Of a DNA stretch of 64,000 nucleotides, positions 52,300 to 64,000 are shown piece by piece. The stretch is from contig RDEW01000007.1 in assembly GCA_011109175.1 (NCBI GenBank), positions 1,378,295 through 1,442,294 of the forward strand, read 5' to 3'. The stretch is from Dicyema japonicum (taxonomy: Eukaryota > Animalia > Dicyemida). Below the pieces are notes generated by a model that worked only from the letters and a program-made list of their open reading frames with translations, had not been told where the DNA came from and made no database searches. A program made the position numbers and the translations under genes. Within the stretch, counting starts at the first letter, position 1, and every line of letters begins with the position of its first letter.

Positions 52300-54350
52300 G
52301 GAAGACAAGGCAAAGCTAAAGAATTTGAATCCATTCATAGGAATTCCTATAACGATGACCAATCCAGAACCCATAACCAGAAAGCTGAATCTGTTAGTGA
52401 AAGCGATACGAAAACGACCAATACCACTATGGAGTACTCAGACAACCTGACTGTGCAGATCTCAGACTACTCAACTATGAGCGCGATAAAGATCGGGAAT
52501 GTACTTTACCTTCACGACGAATCAGGATCTATGAGGATGAACTACAGAGGCTCAGGCATCTTCAGTCTTGAATTCTACAGAAACTGACAAGATGGCCTTT
52601 ATAAAGACCGTGAACAATGCTTGCCCTTTCGGATCGGATAATCACCGGTTCAGAGAGATAATTTTGAGACTATCAGAAAAAGAAATTGTACCGCATTGGG
52701 TGGAGGACAACGAACTTCTGAACTACTTCTAAGAGATAATCCCATCCACTACGAAGGTCTCTCGAATGTTCAGAAGAGGACAAACGTTGCCAATGGCCTA
52801 GGCGTCAGTTGGACATAAGGCGGAGGCCATCTCGTTAATCAGCTGCGGCTCTTTATTGAAAGGAACATGATCACAGCGAATGGATGCGAAGAGGTCCGAT
52901 GATTTGTTATAACTGCCAACAAATCGGACACTTCGCATATCAATGAAAAAAGAAGTGCATGGGCTGTGAGCGCGACATCTCCGACTGCAAGATGGATCCT
53001 GGATTGATAATAAAGTGCGGATGGAGGATGCCCCATGTTAATAAAAGCTAGAGCTAGACAAAAACTGGATACTCGCAACAGTAGACCGGAATCAAGACAG
53101 ACGGAAAAAGACCAAATTCAGAGGTAACACGGAAACACCACCGAGAATAAGTATGCTTCCAGAATCGAAGACATCGGCTGACATAGATTGTGTTTCAGAA
53201 AATGATCTGGAACTTGGACTTGCTTTAGAGAAAATCCCTGGAGAATTTAAGAATTGGTCTCTGCAAGTTTATCAGGAAAAAACTGAACAAATGGGAATCA
53301 CAAGGTAATTAAAATTATTGATGAAAGTTGGAAAAAAAGGAAATTGGAATCTTTACTTGGTGATAGTGAGGACATGATGTATAGGTGAAGCAAACCATTA
53401 TGGAGTGCCTAATAAAGCTCCTGGAATGGAGGGGATACGGATAAAACTTTTCAACTCCGGATTGTCTATTTGAAGTCCTCCTTTGCCTATTTGAAGAAAG
53501 TCTCAACACGGAACATGTACAGCAAGCTTGTAAGGACTCCATTATTCAGATGATCCAAAACCACGAAAATCGAGGATGGATACCTTGGGCTACAGACTTA
53601 TCAGTCAAATAAACTCAATCTCAAAATTCATGGAGAGGCTGAATTATACAAGACTTATATCGAATCACGAATTTTTATTAACAATGAGGCTTTCGTCCAA
53701 GAAGATCCTGTGGAGATTGTTTTTTCATCTTGAACTTTGAAATTGAGAAGGACAGGAACTTCAAATATCAGTTGATTGTCGTCTGTTTAGATATATTGAA
53801 GGCTTTCGATGGTGTCTGCTGTGAAGCAATATTTATCAGCTAGTCGCAGCTGAAATTCCAAAACTTTTGCTCGATTGGTTAAGAAATTTTCTGGCAAGAG
53901 AAAATCAATTGTAAGAAGCTGGGATTTACTTCTGAAGCGATTGCAATGAAGAAGGGAGTACCACAAGTCTCAGTCTTGAGTCCTTCTCTTCAATATATTT
54001 ATGATGGATTTTCCGGCATCAGTGATTGTGTCTTCCATAAAGGTGCCACACGAGTTCTTGTGGAATAGTCGACCAACAAGCTGGCTCCACTTGTGTCTGT
54101 GGATATCACGGATTAGTTGGGAAATTCTGCGATTTAGAGAGCGTATGGACGATGCAGAGCCATCTGATTGCATTCCGTTTCTTGATAAGTTCCTCGATGC
54201 CCCAAGATAGTTTTTGGGTTGATTATCGGCACTTTAGTAAGGCGTATTTTTAAGTGATATGCAACATCTAGTATTTCTGTTTTTTGAAAAAATTGTTGTT
54301 TGAGCTTGTGGTTTTTCGTCGAAAGTGTCTTCTGATTCACTATGTCTACA
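52300..54350. mobile_element. Jumbled LINE relics (mainly plus-strand RT)
   Basis: KAPGMEGI, LDILKAFDGV, GVPQVSVLSPSLFNIY; a minus-strand relic follows 54000. Confidence 0.6.
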
Positions 54351-55053
54351 AACCTCCTTAAGTTTGTTTGCTTCTCTTTAAGATCGCACGTTTAATGTAA
54401 AAATTTAACCATTCTCACAGAGAATATCAATCGCAAAAGACTCATAAAGACTTTTACTAGAAAATAGACGTTCCCGTCTTAGGTATTGCTCTATCTCTTC
54501 ATTTTAAAAATGCTGAGACGTAACCTTGCTTATCGGCTTTGAATTTTGTTTACTATAATGATTTCTGGCTCTTCAGCTTTCACTAGGGAACCTAACTCGT
54601 GATGCCTCTTCATACAAGTCCAAGATTTATTTCGAGTAAAAGTTTTAGTGATTTTGATCTTTTCAGTGTCCACCGCTTTTTAATCCATATTTGCCTTCAG
54701 GTTTGTGATTTATTTGGTAAAAATATATTCCAGCACAATATCTCTGATTTGTTACCATTTAGTGTTTCTAAAATATCAATAATTTTATAATCAAAAATAT
54801 TGAGAATCGATAGTTAAATTGTTTATATTTGAAAAGCCATAGAGACATGGTGTTTTAAAATTTAAATGAAAACCAATCGGATAGCAGCAATCACGCATGG
54901 AATTGATATTTTTTAATCAAATTACTGTAAGTGACCCACAGTAAGAAAGTATAGTTGGACTAGAACTATAAATAAATTTAGTATGAGTATCGATAATACT
55001 CCATTAATTGGCAATTCAAATCGATATCAGCATGTCCAAATGCCGGTAAATTT

Positions 55054-56315
<1,262 letters not shown>

Positions 56316-56619
56316 TTAGTTGATTATATTTTCCTAATTTTTCTGCCTATTAACCTATATTTTCTCACAATGTCACAGTACACCAAGATAGACAGTATAA
56401 TCTCAAACTCGGTGCTAGTCATTTTGGTACACGATAGAGTCTCGAAAGGTCACAGCTTCATTAGACCATTTATAAATTGTAGAGATGGGTTGGAAGTGAT
56501 GGTATACGAAAATTATTAATCCTTGCTGATCAACACCATATAATTGAACCGTCTGAACAGCCATACGCAGCACTTGTTGAGTGACACCCAAGTGCCTTTA
56601 ACGACCACCGGATTCCGCC

Positions 56620-58520
56620 TTGTCCACGACGATTACCCAATCTACTTGTTTCTGACGAGGACGTAAAAGATGGGATTCTCTCTTTCGTCCCGAGCAGTAG
56701 TGGAGAACTAGATGGGCTCCGTCCGGGGCACCTCAAAGACCTCATTGTGTAACACGGCAATTCTGGTGTCTGGCTCGTGTTGGCTATCACCAAACTATTG
56801 AACAGGATGCTATCAGGGACACTACCAGAAACAATTCGGCACGTAATGTTCGAGAGGGGTGGAATACGCCCTATGCTGTTGGTTTGGTTTTCGTCGGTTG
56901 GCCTCAAAACTTGTAATCCTGCTAGAGCAACCACCCAAATAGGGGTCGGCACACCCTGGGGGTTGTGAAGCGAAAGTCATGCTGTCCAAACATTCACCGA
57001 AATGAACGAGAACATTCCTCACGTAATCGTCAAAATTGACATTAAAAATTCCTTCAACATGATACGACGTGATACAATTCTGGAGGATTGCTTCACATAC
57101 TACCCATCAATGTACAGCTATGTTCATAGCTCCTACGGAAACCCTACCAGTCTAAACGGCCATCCAAAGGATGTACTGGATTGTTTGAAAAGTCTGATAG
57201 TTCAAATAGAATCCCTACGTCTAACTCTAAACACCTCAAAGTGTGAAGTTATCAATTTTGATTTCCGCAGCCTGATTGGGACTCGATCCTTGCGATGTTC
57301 GGAGAGATCATTCCGAAAGCCACAGAAACCAAAGCAGAACAACTGGAAAAAATTGGATGCCCTCTTCTGATGCTGGAATCAGTAACACTCTCAGAACAAA
57401 AGAACAACAACTAAAAACAAAATTCAGACGTCTGGAGATGCCTCCTATTCCTCTGAGAAACGCCTTATCAGCACAGAAATTGAACTACGTTCTTCAGGGG
57501 GCACCCTGCTACCTGAAAATGCAACAGCTCGATGCTATCGATTCCCACTTCCGGACCACTATTGAACGTATCACCAATTAAATTTGACCGAGGGTGGGAC
57601 CAAGCGACCCTCCCGTTAGCCTGGGTGGACTGGGAATCCTTTCACCTAAAGATCTGGCTTGCCCCGCGTATCTTTCTCTTGGGCTCCAGACGACTGCTGT
57701 CAGGATGATTCCAAAAACAGAATCGTCTGAAGTTACAGACATAGAGCATTTGAAAGGGATGATGCCTAGGCAAAAACCGTTACAAAACCATCTGCGAGAT
57801 AAATATGAAAGGCTTCTGAACCAATCAAACCAACAAAGACGTCCTGTCTAGTCACTGGAAATGCAAATAGAGTGGCTCTTTGGTCAATGCCTCCCCGTTG
57901 TAGTGTCGGGACCCACTTAACGACGACACTGTCCGCATTGGCATCTCCACCAGGCTTGGACTGAGATTTGTCAATCTCACAAATGCCGTGTGCGCACCGT
58001 CGACTGTTATGGACCATGCCCTCTCGTGTCGAAGAAGTGCAGGACGATTCCCAAGACACAAGGCGATCAACGGAATTGTCATGCGAGCCCTGGAGTCTGC
58101 GAGATACGCCGCCATACTTGAACCTGTCGGCTTGGACAGAGGAGACGGAAAACGGCCTGACGGATCACAATTTTCCCATTCGAAGAGGGGAAAACTTTGA
58201 TCTGGGATTACTTGAGTCGACTACCTTTGCCCATCCAACATTGTTGGGAGTGCGGTAGACACACTGCATTCCGGCGAAAAAACGATGAGGGCAATGGAGA
58301 AGAAATACGAAGCGCTACGCGACCGATTCGCGTTCTATCCCATTGTGGTCGAGACAACTGGAGGACTAAGTCGCAAATCACTTCGCTTCCTAAAGAAACT
58401 TGGACGCCTAGCTACTCTAAAAAGCCACGACGCACATGAGACCCGGTGGCTTCTCCAGTTGATCTCTGTTGCAATCGTGAGAGGCAACGCAACGTGATAA
58501 TGTCGGCGGGGTCCACTATT
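56620..58520 (+). mobile_element. CRE-clade retrotransposon relic (subfamily 1-like)
   Basis: VKIDIKNSFN, HALSCRRSAGRFPRHKAING, KRPDG, FYPIVVETTGG. Confidence 0.88.
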
Positions 58521-58599
58521 CATTCCTATTCCTTCTTCCACGTCTTGAATGGGTAAAAACGCAAGAGCGTCTATCGTTGCGCAAAAAATGTTAAAATTA

Positions 58600-59400
58600 A
58601 TATTTTTTTATATAGTCTTACTAGATGCAATTTTTGAATTTTTCCCTGGTTGACTGTCTTAGATGATAATAAATCCTCTAATATGTATTCGTCTCACAAA
58701 TACTGCAAGGACAGCTCGAAATACCGAATCTTCAAAGTCTGCCATTATAGTTTCAAGACAAAACTCCAAATTCAATTATGAATTGCATTTTGAATAGCCT
58801 CAAAAAATTCTTGTAAATCTTCCGTGAGTTAGAAGGTAGTATTCCGTAAATAACTGTAAATGCACTGGTATTGAACTGAATCCAGATAAAATAGATTTGC
58901 TTGAAGATACATGGTGCCATGGAGAAATATCCATCATATACCATGATTTTGAATTCGCCAATAACGTTAAATTAGTTTTGGTGCTGAATATTAATATTCT
59001 ATCGGTTCTTCTATGATTATCATAAATAAAAAATTTTCTAATTCTGGCCCAAGAGTTAAAGAGGATGGAATATCTCGAAATCGAAAATATTTTTTAGAAT
59101 AGGTAGAGACAAGCGTTGATTCCTTAGTGTTCGTTTGAAAGAAACTGCAGAAGGGGGAATAATTCTGGTTGCTGTTTCACATTGAGACGCAACATTTGAA
59201 TAAATTTGCAAGGGATTTTCTTGACTCGTTTTAGCAATAAGTTTTGCTTCGTTGCACAATTTCATCAGTTTTATTAGACTTTCGTCAAATTCGTGATTGT
59301 GAGAGATTCCTTCTTTGGGAAATTCAAAATTATGATCTGTTCTTAGGCTTCTTCTGAATCCTTGTGAAGATTTTTTCACACATTTAAAAATTATATAGTT
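58600..59400 (-). mobile_element. MULE transposase relic
   Basis: DGYFSMAPCIFKQIYFI...VIYGILPS MULE pattern; upstream HNH motif. Confidence 0.7.
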
Positions 59401-59569
59401 TTTCTGTCACCGAGTGCTTTGTATACATATAAATCTTAAAATAAATTTTTTTTCTCCTTTGAAGTTGATATTATCTCTATTTTGTCACTTATTTTTGAAA
59501 TGAAAGATCAACAACAACATGTTACGAATTGGTACTAATAAGTCTGCCTGTTAGGCCTGGACTCTTCAT

Positions 59570-59910
59570 CCCGGTACCCTTTTTCTGACAATCCATCCTA
59601 TGTCTATTTCCTGATTCGGATGTCCTCCTTGATCGGCCTGACAAGTTTGTTCTCTTCCTCCGTCAGGGCTTCTTGTAATTTCTTACCGAGGGCTAGTTTT
59701 ATCGCCGCCCGCCGTGTTCTCTCCAGTCGGGCGAGAATCCTTTCGCTCGAAGGGGTGTAGAACCATCCCTCGCTTCCGTAGATCAGTCTGGGAAGAATCA
59801 CATTCCGGAAGATGAAGAGCATGGAATTGACGTCTAGCTTCAGTCTTTTAGTGCAGTACAGTACCTGCAAAGCCTTTTTCCTTCGCCCTTCAATGTCCTT
59901 CATGTCCTAC
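59570..59910 (-). mobile_element. GC-richer LINE 3' fragment
   Basis: IFRNVILPRLIYGSEGW...LERTRRAAIK. Confidence 0.7.
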
Positions 59911-60179
59911 GGGACATATAATAAAATTGGAACGATACAGCGAAGATTAGCACTTATTTTTGCGGCAAGCACAATATTTAAAATACGCTTAATCATAACC
60001 TTGAAATCCGTAAATTGATTAAGTCAAAAAAATTAAACTAAAACGAAAAAAATCAAGTCAATTTTATTATTACCTTGAAATTCTTTAATTGATTTAGTCA
60101 AAGCGATTATATCAAGCGGAACAAAAGTCAAGTCCGTGATTTTGTTAGCGGACTTCGAAAAGTGTGACTTATAGAAGCG

Positions 60180-60565
60180 TTATACTTTATCAGGCTATTG
60201 AGGGTGTTTGGCGTTGAGGTAATATAATATTTCCCAGTTCATAGATTATATCCAGTTTTGGGACATAGTTCCAACGGGGGAATGTATAAGTTGATCAAAA
60301 TGAGGTGATCTGATCCATTAACGATATCGATCGAAATTTGTTCAGCTGTTCGATCAGCCTGATAAACTAGCGGTACAGGCCCCATCCGAAATCAAACATT
60401 TCTCCCGATAGAAGGAGAAGACAGTTACCCCGTCTAGGGGCTTTCCATCTCCACGATCCAGGCTCAAAGGTTCCAGAGACGCGGGAACCCATCCACCTCA
60501 AGAGAGCGCTGTACAATCCCGTGATAGTTGCATGCCTCGGAACCTGCCTCTGCTGAGGCGGCATT
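60180..60565 (-). mobile_element. Ingi-like LINE 5' relic with decayed 2A
   Basis: RRGNCLLLLSGE parallels RRGWCRALLLISGD at 47720; NYVPKLD shared with the 5680 element. Confidence 0.6.
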
Positions 60566-60859
60566 AAATCATATTATTTACCTTTAGATGCCATAAATGT
60601 CATTTTTTGAAATTTAGATGCCATAAAAAATGGCATACTCATTACCTTCAAAGAAAAGTTTCAATTGAAAAAAATCTATTTACTTTCAGAGTAAAAACGT
60701 TGACAGAATTTTTTCATACTTTGTCAACTACCACATGGTTTGATCCAAAAAACTTCAAATCCGTATTCTACTATTTCAATAGTGTAGTGAGTATAAGGTC
60801 TTTAATCAAAAGAAGCCAAACCAATTTCACAAAGAAGCCTTCCACGAACCGATATATTT

Positions 60860-62400
60860 ATGAAGGAAGATTGTTTTAAAAGTCTACACATTCACTCATG
60901 GGAAATGAGCAAGAGGATTCGTTCCTGTGAGAGGGATAGAAAAAGGCCAAGATTAAACAGGAGAGGAATAACCTCATTTCCATCCCAAGAAAACAGACCC
61001 TATCACGAGTATGTGGAATACTCTTCTGGGTTTCACCAACTCTGTGAGTACGCATCCTTGTGAAGACCTGGAAAACAAGAACTTTTTAAACAAGACTAAT
61101 TCTTCGGTGAGTTTTATCAGAAAATTGAGGGTCCTTCCGTTTCATCAAACTAAAACGTAACCTCACATGGTCTTTCGATGAATGATTCAAAATCAATTTA
61201 TTCCAGCGGTCCAGATGGAATCCTTATAATGGTATTACAGAAGATATGCTATCATGGACCTCACCCGATTTTTCAACTTCTCTATCAACAGAGCTCCAAC
61301 TCTTTCTTGTGGAAATTATCTAATATACGAACAATTTTAAAACCAGGACTCGAATATCTTTTCTATGTGCCTCTTCAAAACTCTCAATCAGATTAGACCT
61401 TACCTTCGGACGTATTTTTCAAATATGGATTTAAGAAGGGTCACTCTACAACTACTCAACGAAATTCATAAATGAGGGCCTACAATGCAAACCTCAAAAG
61501 ACCCTTATGATCTCCACTGAAGGCTTTTGACTCGATTTAAGAAATTACTAGGAAGATCTTTGTATCCAACATTTCTTTGGATTACAAACTTCCTCATAGG
61601 ACGAAGAGGACGTTCCACATATTACGTCACTAAATCTTTACCAAACGAATACCACATGGATCTCTACTGTCACATATTCTCTTCAACCGCTTTATGAGAG
61701 ATATGTCTTCCCATAGTAGGGACAAAACTCTGGTTGTCGCTTATGCTGACGACATAATCGCATCAACAAGAAACTAATGTGTTCACACAGCGAGTACCCG
61801 CTCACAGGATTTACTGGACAACCTGTTGGCTTATGAGGAACCTATTACACACAATCTCTAAAAAGTCATCCACAATGATTTTTACCTCCAAACTCAACTC
61901 AAATTTTTTAATCCTTAGTGGAATATCAATCCCCTCCAATAACTCTATCAAAATACTAGTGATCACATACGACCCTCTTATGACTTACAGCAAGCAACTT
62001 CATGTCCTCCTCCCAACAAAAGCCAAATTTTGTAAAAACACTTATTGGATACTACAAAGGATGTTTATACTCAAAGTTAAGCCACATTTCAACCACGAAT
62101 AGCTTCTGATGTGCGGGATGGGGCACAAACCTGTCATATATGAACCTAAAGAAAATCAATGTCTTTCAAAAAACAGTCACGGGGCCTACAAAGGTTCTCC
62201 TTCTTTCCACTAATGTGAATTCAGTCCGAAGAACATGTGAGGAGAATGTGAGCCCAATTGAAATCTCCGAAATTCAGAAAAGTATCTCATATAATGCGTC
62301 GGTTCAAAGAAGGAACACCGAGAAAGTATGCTTAAGGATGCCGGGGTCACCTGTCAGCCAACTTAATGCCTTTAATTTGTCGGTAATTTTTGAGATATAA
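60860..62400 (+). mobile_element. Ingi-like LINE relic
   Basis: SSGPDGI, ILKPG, AYADD, VITYDPLMTY. Confidence 0.8.
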
Positions 62401-62448
62401 ATAAAACATATGACTACCAAAACTAATTTCAAATTAGATTAAGTATAA

Positions 62449-62748
62449 TTAGTGTGAATCCCCGTAACCAAGGAGATGTTCAAGTCCAACGGTGATCATT
62501 GTTAATCCAAGTGCCAACGGAAATCCCTTAAACAATGTCCTTAGAACTGCTCTATGAGGAGGAAGGTAATCCTTTCCGGTGTACCTCCAAACCTCATTCC
62601 TCTTATAAAAACAGGCCAAATACCTTATCCAAGGATCCTTTAATCCCCTTTTCTTTAACATTTCTTGGAGTTTCTCGAGCTCTTTGACTCCTTTAACTTT
62701 ATATTCTCTCCAATCTGGTACTACGTATGGGGGTTTATCGCTTCCCAT
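62449..62748 (-). CDS. NDUFB3: Complex I subunit NDUFB3
   Basis: PDWREYKV...GLKDPWIR|NEVWRY after removing a 24-nt intron at 62600-62623. Confidence 0.92.
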   Translation of the reverse strand: MGSDKPPYVVPDWREYKVKGVKELEKLQEMLKKRGLKDPWIRYLACFYKRNEVWRYTGKDYLPPHRAVLRTLFKGFPLALGLTMITVGLEHLLGYGDSH

Positions 62749-62843
62749 TACTAATTACCCACAAAACAACAAATTATAAATTGTTTATTTTTTATTATTT
62801 AAAAATATTAAATTAAAATTTTAAATTTTATTTTCTATCTTGT

Positions 62844-63180
62844 ATGTCTTTTCAGCGTTCCTATACAACTCAAACAACTCAAACAGAAACGGTAATTCTT
62901 TGTCTTAGTGGTTTAGGTCCAACCAATACTGGTTCTAAGGCTAAATACTCAACGTAGACCAAAAAAGGTTAAATGGTCTGATGATACTGTTGACAATGAG
63001 GACATGAATAAGAAAAAGTCCAAATGTATATACAGATGGTAAAATCTAGGCTGCTGTGTTTACGAAAAACGCCGTCTATTTGATGAGTCTTCTTCTGAAG
63101 ACGAGAGCTCCCACTGCACGGAAAACTGTTGTGGCCATAAATCCAAGAAAGATTACAGAAAGAATCAGCCGAACCAATAA
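62844..63180 (+). CDS. PPP1R11: Protein phosphatase 1 inhibitor-3
   Basis: Introns 62892-62916 and 63026-63049; [28 protein letters not shown]...FDESSSE. Missed by the ORF track. Confidence 0.93.
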
Positions 63181-63229
63181 CTTTATTATTCTAATTTTAT
63201 TATTAGTTTTCACATAATTTATCAGCTTG

Positions 63230-64000
63230 GTTAACCAGTCTTATGGACTCCTTTCCTCTTAGCGAATATCAAGTACCTCCTTCCTCTGCAGTTCAGCACG
63301 GAAATCATGCCAGACAGCTTCTCTTTCGTCATAGAAAAAATCAGCAACCACCTTTTGAATCAGTTTCATCCAAGGTACTCTCTTTTTCTCAAGTTCTCTT
63401 AATTCATGAGATCGTCAGCCGTTTTTAGTTTTCTGCCTACGCCTTTTAATTTTTAATTTGACAGAGGTAGAGTTGTCCTAGGCCTTCCTCAATAATTTTT
63501 ATGTTCCATGAGATATTCCTGGTACGCCCAACTCATCCTCAAAATGTGACAGTCGCATATCGATCGTCGTATTTTCAATCGAGAGTGGTGTTACATAATT
63601 TGTATAATTTTGCGTTAGTGATCCTCATAGTGTATCGTATATTGAGTATGATGTGGTGAATCTTCGGTAAGTCCCATGTCCTGCAATTATAAATCATGGT
63701 GGATAAAATAAAACATTTTATATCTTTGGCTACTTTCAAGTTCCAGACCATCTGTGGAGTCTATACGACGTCTGCTGTATACTTTCCTTCTCTGAATTCA
63801 CTCTGTCGAGGTGATAACAATTTGTTGACTTAATTTTTGACGTAATGCGAGAAAGTGTTTTCCATAGGTTGACGATACAATAATTGGTTTTTGTTTACTT
63901 GTGGGACCTCTAGGTTTTCCAGGTTTCGGTAGAAGAATTACCCAACCTTCCAAGATCAAATTTGTCTTCAAATGCTTTGTAATGTGTGTGAGTAAGAATT
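63230..64000 (-). mobile_element. Decayed LINE RT relic
   Basis: PKPGKPRG, QSEFREGKYTADV traces. Confidence 0.55.

Noticed and set aside
60421-60565. Second HDV-like fold at the 5' end of the 60.4-kb LINE relic
   Set aside because: Hairpins exist but not in the P1-P2-P3-P1'-P4-P2' order.

Overview
Eukaryotic (metazoan) AT-rich genomic DNA. Small islands of host genes with ultra-short GT-AG introns (21-29 nt) sit among decayed mobile elements, which make up over half of the window by my manual tally. Recognisable host genes: MIA40/CHCHD4, NDUFA6, a FAM166/CIMIP2 ciliary protein, QTRT1, a POU-specific-domain gene, a GluN1-like NMDA receptor, EMC7, GTF2H5, a disrupted cathepsin L, a lesioned actin, NDUFB3, PPP1R11 and one or two unidentified multi-exon genes. 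The intron sizes plus a ciliary gene suggest a dicyemid-like mesozoan (inference). Mobile elements include Ingi/L1Tc-like APE-RT LINEs, RTE and CRE-clade LINEs, two SINE-like families, hAT MITEs, and Tigger, Merlin and MULE relics. Best candidate for an undescribed system: an Ingi-like LINE family with a 2A (StopGo) peptide and a 5' nested pseudoknot of HDV-ribozyme topology. It is paired with a ~320-nt non-autonomous element (5 copies) that carries the same pseudoknot with covarying stems and the LINE 3' tail, like the trypanosome ingi/RIME pair. Several frameshifts in conserved genes fall in homopolymers, so the assembly probably has indel errors and pseudogene calls are provisional. Boundaries of decayed elements are approximate.
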